Shown here: in pieces, positions 1 to 8,609 of the stretch
How positions within the stretch are numbered: the first letter of the stretch is position 1
Layout: each line of letters begins with the position of its first letter
DNA from: an uncultured archaeon
GTDB taxonomy: Archaea; Iainarchaeota; Iainarchaeia; Iainarchaeales; CSSED10-239
DNA length: 32,000 nucleotides
Assembly (NCBI GenBank): GCA_964586355.1
Contig: CAZPGO010000019.1
Location: forward strand, 5,345 to 37,344
Direction of reading: 5' to 3'
The notes under the pieces: generated by a model
What the model saw: only the letters and a program-made list of their open reading frames with translations
Databases searched by the model: none
Told to the model about the DNA's origin: nothing
Position numbers and translations under genes: made by a program

Positions 1-1077
1 ACTAGATATCCTTCTGGTCAAACAGATAAATTTATTGTGCCAAATGAAGAAGCATCAGGATATAGAGGAGAAAATGCTTATCTAAATTTAGGAGAAGATG
101 GTCTTGCTAATGTAGAGAGCTATGTTAGTGAAGGCGGTGTAGTTATTGGAATGACTTCCCCTCCAAGATTTGTAGAAGAAGTTTCAGAGTTTGGAGTTGT
201 TACTGAAGAGAGAAGAGATACTTCTGTTTGTTCAAGAAAACATTTAAACGGTTTTGTGGACAAAGTTTTGATTAGTGAGACTGTAGATGGAACAAAATTA
301 AGTAAAGTAAAAGTAAGAACATATTTAGAACCACAAGTTGGAGATAAATTTACCTCAAATCATGCACAGAAAGGTGTTGTTGGTGCTGTGGTAAGAGAAG
401 AGGATTTGCCTTTTACTTCTAATGGTGTAAAACCAGATGTTATTTTAAGTCCACACTCCATTCCATCAAGAATGACTCTGGGTCATCTTTTTGAGACTAT
501 TGGTGGAAAAGCTGTTTCTTTAAGTGGAGAATCAATAGATGGAACTGCTTTTTATAATGATAAAGAAAATATTTTTAAGATATTAAAAGAATATGGGTTT
601 AGACCAGATGGAAAAGAAGTATTTTATGATGGTCAAACTGGAGAAAAAATAGAAATGCCTATTTTTGTAGGTCCATTATCTTATGAAAGATTGTTAAGTC
701 ACATTGTTGTTAATAGAATACAAGCAAGAGATAAAGGTCCAGTGCAATTATTAACAAGACAACCAACAGAAGGAAAACAAAAAGGTGGCGGAATCAGATT
801 TGGTGAAATGGAAGGCGAAGCATTGGTTGCTCATGGGGCTGCAATGACTCTTCAAGAGAAACTAATGGACGATGCTGATGAAATGGAAGTTTTGTTTTGT
901 GAAGATTGTGGACTTCCAGCAGTAGATGATAAGATCACAAACAAAAAGTATTGTAAAGTTTGTGGTGGAAGCAATGTATATCCAATAAAGATAAGCTACG
1001 GTTTTAAGTTATTGTTAGATGAGCTTAAAGCAATGGGCGTTTATCCAAAAATAAATATTGGAGATAAGATTGACTAG
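1..1077 (+). CDS. rpoB: DNA-directed RNA polymerase subunit B (Rpo2), C-terminal part. The frame is open from nt 1, so the 5' end lies upstream of the window.
   Basis: Motifs RDKGPVQLLTRQPTEGKQKGGGIRFGEMEGEALVAHGAA and the C-terminal Zn-ribbon CEDCG...CKVCGG are typical of archaeal/eukaryotic second-largest RNAP subunits. It is followed by rpoA1, as in archaeal operons. Confidence 0.93.
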   Translation, partial: TRYPSGQTDKFIVPNEEASGYRGENAYLNLGEDGLANVESYVSEGGVVIGMTSPPRFVEEVSEFGVVTEERRDTSVCSRKHLNGFVDKVLISETVDGTKLSKVKVRTYLEPQVGDKFTSNHAQKGVVGAVVREEDLPFTSNGVKPDVILSPHSIPSRMTLGHLFETIGGKAVSLSGESIDGTAFYNDKENIFKILKEYGFRPDGKEVFYDGQTGEKIEMPIFVGPLSYERLLSHIVVNRIQARDKGPVQLLTRQPTEGKQKGGGIRFGEMEGEALVAHGAAMTLQEKLMDDADEMEVLFCEDCGLPAVDDKITNKKYCKVCGGSNVYPIKISYGFKLLLDELKAMGVYPKINIGDKID

Positions 1078-1129
1078 GTTTTTACTAACCTTAAATTTTA
1101 TAAAAAAGATTAAAAAAGGCTGAAATAAT

Positions 1130-3721
1130 ATGACATCATCAAAGAAAATAAAAAATATTGAATTTGGAGTTTTAAGTCCAGATATGATTAGAAAGCTTTC
1201 TGTTGTTGAAATAACAAGAGCAGAAACCTATGATAAAGATGGATATCCTATAGAGAGAGGACTTATGGATGCACATTTAGGAGTAATCTCCCCAGGGCTT
1301 AGATGTAAAACCTGTGGGCAGACTATGAAAAATTGCCCAGGTCATTTTGGATCTTTAGAGCTTATAAGACCTGTGATTCATCCAAAATTTGGTGATAAGC
1401 TTTATCAAGTTTTAGCAGGAACCTGTCATAATTGTGGAAGGATTTTAGTTCCTGATGACAGAATAAATGAAGTTATGGCTCATGCAGGAAATACAGAAAA
1501 AGCAGTAAAAGAAATATTAAATATTGTTAAAAATCAAAAAGAGTGTCCTCATTGTGGTGACAAGACGTCTAAAATAACCTTAGATAAGCCAACAAATATT
1601 TTTAAAGATCAAGAAAGAATTTATCCTTCTGAAATACTTGATTGGTTAGTAAAAATTCCAGAAGACGATTTGTTTTTGTTTGGATATTCTGAAAGAATAA
1701 AACCTCAATGGTTTATTTTATCTGTATTGCCTATTTCTCCAGTATCTATAAGACCTTCTTTGTCTTTAGAAAATGTAATTACTTCAGAGGATGATTTAAC
1801 TTATAAGTTATTAGATATTGTTAGAATAAATATAAGACTACAAGAAAACATAAATGCTGGGGCTCCACAAATAATTATTGAAGATTTATGGGATTTGTTA
1901 CAATATAATATTACAACATATATTGATAATAATACAGCAGGAGTTCCTCCAGCAAAGCAAAGATCAGGAAGACCACTAAAAACAATTGCTCAAAGACTAA
2001 AAGGAAAAAAAGGAAGATTTAGATTTAATCTAATAGGAAAAAGAGTAAATGCTTCTGCCCGTTCAACTATTACTCCATCAACAGATATTAAAATTAATGA
2101 ACTTGGTGTTCCTGAATTTATTGCAGAAACATTAACAATTCCAGAAAAAATAACTAGTTGGAATATGGATAAAATTAAAGAATATATTCTAAAAGGAAAA
2201 GTAAATTACATAATAACAGAAAAAGGTCTGCGAAAAATAGTTACAGAAGAAAATAAAGAAGAAATAGTTACACAATTAGAAGAAGGAATGACCATTAAAA
2301 GAAAATTACAAAATGGAGATGTTGTTATCTTTAATAGACAACCAACACTTCATAGAACATCAATGATGGGTCATTATGTAAAAGTTTTACCAGGGAGAAC
2401 ATTTAAGCTAAATCCAATTTCTTGTCCTCCATATAATGCGGATTTTGATGGGGATGATATGAATCTTCATGTTCCACAAAGTGAGGATGCTTATACTGAG
2501 GTAAAAGAATTAATGGGTGTGGAAAAACATGTAATAAGTGTAAGACATGGAGATCCAACTATTGTTCCAGATCACGATCTAGTATCAGGATCATATCTTC
2601 TTACAAGAAATTCTACTGAGTTTAATAAAAAAGAAGCTATGGAGTTACTATATTCAGTAGGAATAACAGAATTACCAACAGCAGATAGAGGTAGAGGAAG
2701 ATATTCTGGTAAACTGATTTTTAGTCAAATACTTCCAAAAGATCTAAATCTAGAATATACAAACAAACTTTGTCAAACAATATCAAAATCAAAAGGCTGT
2801 AAAATATGTAAGAAAGAAAAGTGTCCTTATGATTGTTATCTAAAAATAGAAAAAGGCAAATTAGTGTCAGGTGTTTTAGATGATAAGATGAGTAAACATA
2901 AAAACTTAATAGAAATTATTTATAGACACTATGGTTCTGAAGCCTTAGTTGATTTTTATTATAAATTAGGAAAACTAGTCTTCTATAATTTAAACAAAAG
3001 AGGATTAACTGTTGCTCTTGATGAGTACAAGGCACCAGAAGAACTTAAAAAAGAGATAAGATCAAAAATAAGATCAACAATTACAGAATCCAATAAACTA
3101 ATAAAACAGTTTGAAGAAAAAACATTAAAATTAATTTCTGGAAAAGATCTTAAAGAAACATTTGAAGCAGAAACCATAAGAATAACTGCTAATATGAAAG
3201 ATGAAATTTCAGATAAGATTTTTGATCTAAAATTAAATGATGTTCTTGGAGAAAATAAACAAGCAAACAATAACACTGTTATGCTTGCAAGTGTTGGTGG
3301 AGCTAGAGGAAGAGTATTAAATGTTGCAAATATGCTTGGACTTTGGGGACAAGTAACAGTAAGAAAAGGAAGACCAAAAAACGGATTTTCTGGAAGATTA
3401 TTAAGCTTAAGTCCAAAAGGTACAAATCAGTTGGTTGACTATGGATTTGTTCAAACAAGCTTCTTTGAAGGAATGAATCCAAAAGAATATTTTTGTCACG
3501 CTATGGGTGGTAGACAAGGTGAAATTGATACTGGTGTTGCTACAAAAGTTTCAGGTTATCTTTATAGAAGACTTTCAAATGCTATGAAAGATTTAGTAGT
3601 TGATCAGGATTTAAAAGTTATGTCTGCAGATAGACAAATTGTTCAGTTTGTTTATGGTGATGATGGTTTATCTCCTGACAAGGCTTACTTAGGAAAAAAT
3701 ATAAACTTCTTTAATGAATGA
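1130..3721 (+). CDS. rpoA1: DNA-directed RNA polymerase subunit A' (Rpo1N)
   Basis: N-terminal Zn site CKTCGQTMKNCPGHFG, catalytic loop NADFDGDDMNLHVPQS, RQPTLHRTSMMGH. The 863-aa length and its position between rpoB and rpoA2 fit. Confidence 0.95.
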   Translation: MTSSKKIKNIEFGVLSPDMIRKLSVVEITRAETYDKDGYPIERGLMDAHLGVISPGLRCKTCGQTMKNCPGHFGSLELIRPVIHPKFGDKLYQVLAGTCHNCGRILVPDDRINEVMAHAGNTEKAVKEILNIVKNQKECPHCGDKTSKITLDKPTNIFKDQERIYPSEILDWLVKIPEDDLFLFGYSERIKPQWFILSVLPISPVSIRPSLSLENVITSEDDLTYKLLDIVRINIRLQENINAGAPQIIIEDLWDLLQYNITTYIDNNTAGVPPAKQRSGRPLKTIAQRLKGKKGRFRFNLIGKRVNASARSTITPSTDIKINELGVPEFIAETLTIPEKITSWNMDKIKEYILKGKVNYIITEKGLRKIVTEENKEEIVTQLEEGMTIKRKLQNGDVVIFNRQPTLHRTSMMGHYVKVLPGRTFKLNPISCPPYNADFDGDDMNLHVPQSEDAYTEVKELMGVEKHVISVRHGDPTIVPDHDLVSGSYLLTRNSTEFNKKEAMELLYSVGITELPTADRGRGRYSGKLIFSQILPKDLNLEYTNKLCQTISKSKGCKICKKEKCPYDCYLKIEKGKLVSGVLDDKMSKHKNLIEIIYRHYGSEALVDFYYKLGKLVFYNLNKRGLTVALDEYKAPEELKKEIRSKIRSTITESNKLIKQFEEKTLKLISGKDLKETFEAETIRITANMKDEISDKIFDLKLNDVLGENKQANNNTVMLASVGGARGRVLNVANMLGLWGQVTVRKGRPKNGFSGRLLSLSPKGTNQLVDYGFVQTSFFEGMNPKEYFCHAMGGRQGEIDTGVATKVSGYLYRRLSNAMKDLVVDQDLKVMSADRQIVQFVYGDDGLSPDKAYLGKNINFFNE

Positions 3722-3748
3722 AATATTTATGAAAAAAAGGTGTGAAAA

Positions 3749-4915
3749 ATGAAAGATTTACCACAAGCAATAATTGATAAAATTAATAAATATGCAGACT
3801 CTAAAAAGTTTAGTGCTGATAAAAGAAAGAAACTTTTAGAACTGGTTACTACAAAGTATAATAAAGGATTAGTTGTCCCTGGAGATGCTGTTGGTCTAAT
3901 AGCAGCTCAATCTATAGGAGAACCAGGAACTCAGCTAACATTAAGAACTAAACACTATGCTGGATCTTTGGAAGTATCTGTTGGTCAGGGAATACAAAGA
4001 GTAATTGAAATTGTGGATGGTAGATCTAGTGCTAAATATCCATCTATGGTTATATATTTAGATAAAGAATATTTTAAAGGGAAAAAAGAAAAAGATTTTG
4101 AAAAATTCTGTAACTCTTTACTAGATGTTAAGATAAAAGATGTAGGTGTTTTTAGTGAGAACTTTACAGATAGAACGGTCTCTTTTAAACTTGATGAAGA
4201 AAAGATGCAGTTAATAAATTATGATGCAGAAGAGCTTATGGAATTAATTTATTCAAAAATAGAAGACACCTATGCCTCTAAGAGATTTGCATCAAATAAA
4301 CAACAGATAAATTTCCATTTTGATGATAATACTCAATTATATACAATTAGAAAAACAATACTTACTTGGAATAAGATACCTTTATATGGTGTTAAAGGTA
4401 TAGAAAAAGCAGTTTTATTTAAAGAAGGAGAAGAGTATATAATAAAAACAAAAGGCTCTAATCTTAAAGAAATTTTAAAAACAGAAGGAATTGATTCTTG
4501 TAAAACAACCACAAATGATATATTTGAGATCTATAAACTTTTTGGTGTTGAGGCTGCAAGAGAGTCTATTGTAAGAGAACTAAGTTATACTTTTTTTACT
4601 AATGGAATTAACATTAGTTTAAGACATATTTATATATTAGCAGATATTATGACAGTAAATGCTAATGTTAGAGGAGTTGTAAGAACAGGAATTACTGGAA
4701 AAAAGAAAAGTCCATTTGCAAGAGCTGCATTTGAAGAAACAATAAAACATATAATTGATGCTTCTTTTAATGGAGATATAGAAAATCTTGTGGGAATAAC
4801 AGAAAATATAATTGTTGGACAACCAATTTTTGCAGGAACTGGACTTGTAAGACTAACTTTAGACTCAAAAGGTCTAAAAAAGATGATCAAAATAAAAGAA
4901 AAGGAGTCAGCATAA
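3749..4915 (+). CDS. rpoA2: DNA-directed RNA polymerase subunit A'' (Rpo1C)
   Basis: [16 protein letters not shown] trigger-loop-region motif, 388 aa, SD AAGGTG 6 nt upstream, canonical position after A'. Confidence 0.93.
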   Translation: MKDLPQAIIDKINKYADSKKFSADKRKKLLELVTTKYNKGLVVPGDAVGLIAAQSIGEPGTQLTLRTKHYAGSLEVSVGQGIQRVIEIVDGRSSAKYPSMVIYLDKEYFKGKKEKDFEKFCNSLLDVKIKDVGVFSENFTDRTVSFKLDEEKMQLINYDAEELMELIYSKIEDTYASKRFASNKQQINFHFDDNTQLYTIRKTILTWNKIPLYGVKGIEKAVLFKEGEEYIIKTKGSNLKEILKTEGIDSCKTTTNDIFEIYKLFGVEAARESIVRELSYTFFTNGINISLRHIYILADIMTVNANVRGVVRTGITGKKKSPFARAAFEETIKHIIDASFNGDIENLVGITENIIVGQPIFAGTGLVRLTLDSKGLKKMIKIKEKESA

Positions 4916-5037
4916 GTTTTTTTAGTAATTTGATTTCTTTTTAAATTATTTTGTTTATATATTATATATTAATAGTTAAAAAATTAACAAAGCAGACAAG
5001 CAAAAAATAAAAAACAAAGGAAAAAATGTGATTTTTT

Positions 5038-5550
5038 ATGGTTGATTGGAATAAATTTAATCAAGAGTTAAGAAATGTTATAGATACAGGAAAATTAATC
5101 TATGGTACAAATACAATAAAAAAAGAGTGTTTTGTAGGAGATCCTAAATTATTGGTTTTATCAAATACTATTGATAAGAAAAAAAAACAGGAATTTCTAT
5201 ATTATGCTAAATTGTTAGATATAAAAGCAATAGAATATCCAGAAAATTCATTAGAATTAGGATCTGTTTGTGCAAAACCTTTTAGTGTGGCTATTGTTGC
5301 AGTAGTTGATTTTGGAAAGTCTTCAATAGTGGAAGTAATTGAAGCTAAAGATAGTGATACTAAAGAAAATAAAAAAGTAATTGCAAAAAGAGTAAAAAAA
5401 GAAGAAAAAGAGATTAAGAAAAAAGCAAAAGCAACAAAAATAGAACACACAAAGAAAGCAAAAGCAGCTGATGAAATTGTAGAAGATAAGGAAGTGCCAA
5501 TTACTGAGGATAAATTTTTTAAAGATATAATAAAAATAAAAAAGAAATGA
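5038..5550 (+). CDS. rpl30e: Ribosomal protein eL30 (L30e) with a ~65-aa Lys/Glu-rich C-terminal extension
   Basis: The first ~100 aa (NVIDTGKLIYGTNTIKK...LELGSVCAKPFSVAIVAVVDFGKSSIVE) are colinear with archaeal L30e as I recall it. Canonical position after rpoA2. The tail (nt ~5347-5550) is low-complexity K/E-rich. Confidence 0.8.
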   Translation: MVDWNKFNQELRNVIDTGKLIYGTNTIKKECFVGDPKLLVLSNTIDKKKKQEFLYYAKLLDIKAIEYPENSLELGSVCAKPFSVAIVAVVDFGKSSIVEVIEAKDSDTKENKKVIAKRVKKEEKEIKKKAKATKIEHTKKAKAADEIVEDKEVPITEDKFFKDIIKIKKK

Positions 5551-5575
5551 ACAATAAAATTTAAGGTGAAAAATT

Positions 5576-6001
5576 ATGGCAAATGGAGAATTTTCAGCAA
5601 GAAAATTAATAAAGGATAGAAAAAAATGGACCAAAAAAGATCCAAGAGAAAAAAGAAAAATAAAAGTAAGAACTAAAAAAGGTTTGTTAAAAGGAGCACC
5701 ACAAGCAAAAGGAATTGTTCTTGATAAAAAAGGTGTAACAGCAAGACAGCCAAACTCTGGTATTAGAAAATGTGTTAGAGTTCAGTTAATTAAAAATGGT
5801 AAAGAATTAACAGCATTTGCTCCAAAAGATAAAGCAATCAAATTTATTGATGCTCACGATCAAGTAACTGTAGAAGGACTTGGTGGAAGAAAAGGTGGAG
5901 CTATTGGTGATCTTTGGGGTGTAAGATATAAGGTTGTAAAAGTAAATGGACAATCTTTAGAAATGCTTAGAAAAGGTAAAAAAGAGAAATCTAAAAGGTA
6001 G
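5576..6001 (+). CDS. rps12: Ribosomal protein uS12
   Basis: [26 protein letters not shown] motif, 141 aa, SD AAGGTG upstream. Confidence 0.93.
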   Translation: MANGEFSARKLIKDRKKWTKKDPREKRKIKVRTKKGLLKGAPQAKGIVLDKKGVTARQPNSGIRKCVRVQLIKNGKELTAFAPKDKAIKFIDAHDQVTVEGLGGRKGGAIGDLWGVRYKVVKVNGQSLEMLRKGKKEKSKR

Positions 6002-6059
6002 ATCTTTTTTTAAAGAATACATGGTTTTCTTTAAAGTAAAAATTATAAAGGTGTAAAAT

Positions 6060-6659
6060 ATGAAATTATTTAATAAATGGGAAACAAATGCAATAAACCA
6101 TAAAGATTTAGGGCTTTCAAAATATATTAATCTTAATGATAGAATTGTTCCAAACTCTTTTGGATCAACAAATAATTTAGCAAACAGAAAAACAAAGATT
6201 AATGTTATTGAAAGACTTGCAAATAAGATGATGAGATCTGGACAAGGAAAAAAGAAACTTTCTGGTAAATATATAAGAAACAGAAACGGTTGTGGAAAAA
6301 AGGATCAATCCATTAAAAGTGTAGAAATGGCTTTTGATCACATTCATGCTGTAACAAAAGAAAATCCTGTTCAGATATTTGTACAAGCAATAGAAAACTC
6401 AGCACCAAGAGAAGACATTACCAAGTTACAGAAAGGAGATATTACTTATACTCAATCAGTAGATCTTGCTCCAATCAAAAGACTTGATGAATCTTTAAAG
6501 AATATTGCTCTTGCTTGTTTTAAGAACACTTTTAAAACAAAAAAAGAGCCACATATTGCATTAGCAGAAGAGATCATAGACGCTTCAAAGAATGATCAAA
6601 AAAGCTTTGCTGTAAAAAGAAAAGATGAAATTGAAAGAATTGCTCAAGGTTCAAGATAA
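6060..6659 (+). CDS. rps7: Ribosomal protein uS7
   Basis: N-terminal KLFNKWE...LGLSKYINL and the C-terminal KKDEIERIAQ(G)SR pattern are typical of archaeal S7. 199 aa, follows rps12, SD AAGGTG upstream. Confidence 0.9.
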   Translation: MKLFNKWETNAINHKDLGLSKYINLNDRIVPNSFGSTNNLANRKTKINVIERLANKMMRSGQGKKKLSGKYIRNRNGCGKKDQSIKSVEMAFDHIHAVTKENPVQIFVQAIENSAPREDITKLQKGDITYTQSVDLAPIKRLDESLKNIALACFKNTFKTKKEPHIALAEEIIDASKNDQKSFAVKRKDEIERIAQGSR

Positions 6660-6795
6660 ATTTATTATTTATCTTATTTTTTCTATTTCTTATTTTTTAT
6701 ATTCGCTACTATTTTTAAATTAAATGTTTTAAAAACTATATATGAATAATATTAGTTTTTTCAAAGAAATTTAATAATTTTATGTTTTTTCAAAA

Positions 6796-7254
6796 ATGAT
6801 TTTTATACCTATGCCTGTAGGAATAAAAAGCCAAAAACGGAAGTTAACGACAACTTCTCTGACAATAAAAAGACTGACAGAAAAGTCAATACGATTATCT
6901 TCTAAAATGCGTGATCTTTTTTCTATTGAAAGATCTGTAAGGGTTAAAACAGGTATTCCAAAAAGAAATTATATTAGTGCTTTACAAAAAATATTAATAA
7001 ATAGAAAAATTATTGATAAAGAAGTATTAGATATTATAATTAATGAAGAACATAATCAAAATTCAGCTTTTAGAATTGTCTCTTTTTATTCAAAAAAATT
7101 AAAAACCAATGATAAAGATAAAATTATTAATCACATGAGAAAAAAGATAAAATTATTATTAACTATAAACCAAGAAATAAATAACTATCTAATCAAAAAA
7201 CCCAAAAATTATTCTACTTATTTTAGATATAATTTTGATGTTATTTTTTTTTGA
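6796..7254 (+). CDS. Hypothetical basic protein (orphan). Start uncertain, no recognisable domain.
   Basis: A 152-aa ORF with no obvious SD. It lies in the non-conserved spacer between rps7 and fusA. Coding status is supported only by ORF length in AT-rich DNA. Confidence 0.3.
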   Translation: MIFIPMPVGIKSQKRKLTTTSLTIKRLTEKSIRLSSKMRDLFSIERSVRVKTGIPKRNYISALQKILINRKIIDKEVLDIIINEEHNQNSAFRIVSFYSKKLKTNDKDKIINHMRKKIKLLLTINQEINNYLIKKPKNYSTYFRYNFDVIFF

Positions 7255-7546
7255 AATTAAATCTTCAATAGAACTAGCTATGTTTTTTTGTGGTTTGGAT
7301 AAATTTGATTTAAATAAAAAGTGATTTTAATAAAATTTATTATGTTAATAAAAATGTTATTCAAATGCAAGAATTGCTCTTGTTTTTAGAAAAGAAAGGT
7401 TTGATGTTACTAAAAAGTTTAATGATATTTTAAATTCTAAAATTTAAAATTAATTTTATATTTTTATTTTTTATTTTCCACAGGACAACACCCCCAGAAA
7501 GCCTTTTAAACTATTAATTCTAAGGTATATATGTTAGGGATAATTT

Positions 7547-8426
7547 ATGCAAAATAATTCAATAGCAATTTTTGAAAATAAAAAAATAAGAAGAATCTGG
7601 CATAATGATAAATGGTGGTTTGTTTTAGAAGATGTTGTTTTTATACTTATTGATTCTTTAGATGTTAAACAATATATAAATAAAATGAAGCAAAGAGATG
7701 AATTTCTTTCTAAGGGTACAAATTGTACACACCCTTTCTGTTAAAACAATTGGTGGACCACAAAATATGAATTGTGCAAATACAGAAGGATTATTTAGAA
7801 TTATTCAGTCCATACCTTCTCCAAAAGTAGAACCATTTAAATTATGGCTTGCAAAAGTTGGTTATCAAAGAATGCAAGAGATTGAAAATCCAGAACTTGC
7901 TCAGAAAAGAATAATTGAGATCTATAAACAAAAAGGATATTCTGATGCTTGGATAGACAAAAGAATAAGGGGTATTGCAATTAGAGACGAATTAACTTTT
8001 GAATGGCAAAAAAGAGGAATGAAAGGAGATAAAGATTTTGTAATATTAACAGCTGAAATATCAAAAGCCACATTTGAGATGACTCCAAAAGAATACAAAA
8101 AATTTAAGGGTCTAAAAAAAGAAAATCTTAGAGATCATATGAATGATCTAGAACTAATTTTTACACTGTTGAAAGAATCTGTTACTAAGGAATTAACAGT
8201 TAAAGAAGGTCCAGATAATTTTCCAAAAACAAAAACAATTGCAAAACGTGGTGGTGGCGTTGCTGGTATTGCCAGAAAAGTAACAGAAAAAGAGCTTAAA
8301 AGGAAAGTTTCTACTAAAGACAATTATTTAAAAATTCCAGAAAAGCAAAAAAGATTACTAAAAAGCCCAACACCAAATAAGAAAATAAAGTATGGTATTT
8401 CTAAGAAAAAATTAAATAAAAAGTAA
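7547..8426 (+). pseudogene. Bro-N / DinD-like (phage-antirepressor-type) gene disrupted by a frameshift near nt 7715
   Basis: ORF 7547-7744 encodes a Bro-N-like N-terminus (IAIFENKKIRRIWHNDKWWFVLEDVVFIL). ORF 7698-8426, in another frame, continues with GGPQNMNCANTEGLFRIIQSIPSPKVEPFKLWLAKVGYQRMQEIENPELA and KKFKGLKKENLRDHMNDLELIFTLL. These resemble the continuation of Bro-N/DinD-family proteins as I recall them. The two frames overlap by 47 nt. Confidence 0.6.
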
Positions 8427-8550
8427 TATATATAAACTATTCTTTACAATAATATATATTAGTATGTTGTCTATTTTTAATGGTTTTTAAGTAAATTAAA
8501 AACACTAAACAGAAACAAAAAAGTAACTAATGGGCAATAGGGCAAAAATT

Positions 8551-8567
8551 TATTTTTATATAAATAG
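8551..8567 (+). promoter_or_regulatory. Candidate TATA-box region for fusA
   Basis: TATTTTTATATAAATAG lies ~45-60 nt upstream of the ATG at 8610. fusA is separated from upstream genes by a 174-nt AT-rich spacer, so it probably has its own promoter. Confidence 0.3.
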
Positions 8568-8609
8568 AAACACAAAGGTGAAAAACAAAAAACAATTTAG
8601 GTGAAAAAA

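Noticed and set aside
2440-2475. RpoA' catalytic loop reads NADFDGDDMN instead of the usual NADFDGDEMN
   Set aside because: This is a conservative E-to-D change outside the three metal-binding Asp residues, which are intact. It is probably lineage variation and not functionally notable.
2983-3276. 97-aa minus-strand ORF inside rpoA1
   Set aside because: It is antisense to a strongly supported conserved gene. The sequence is low-complexity and Phe/Ser/Leu-rich, as expected from the reverse complement of K/E-rich coding DNA. No SD or promoter context.
4630-4890. Two overlapping minus-strand ORFs (86 and 61 aa) inside rpoA2
   Set aside because: Antisense to rpoA2, no independent signals. A typical AT-rich shadow ORF.
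5202-5634. Minus-strand ORFs of 82 and 103 aa over the rpl30e tail and the rps12 start
   Set aside because: Phe-rich translation of the complement of the Lys-rich L30e tail. It overlaps two ribosomal protein genes and is not credible as coding.
7478-7503. Locally GC-rich patch CCACAGGACAACACCCCCAGAAAGCC upstream of the Bro-N-like gene, considered as a tRNA fragment or att site
   Set aside because: It is too short, with no T-arm or acceptor-like pairing that I can fold by eye and no matching copy elsewhere in the window. It remains unexplained but unsupported.
8576-8608. Duplicated AGGTGAAAAA decamer upstream of fusA, considered as a target-site duplication of the insertion
   Set aside because: The same SD context (AAGGTGAAAAA) precedes rps12, so it may just be the preferred ribosome-binding context. 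There is no matching copy at the left border of the insertion. It is mentioned only as a side note in the insertion finding.
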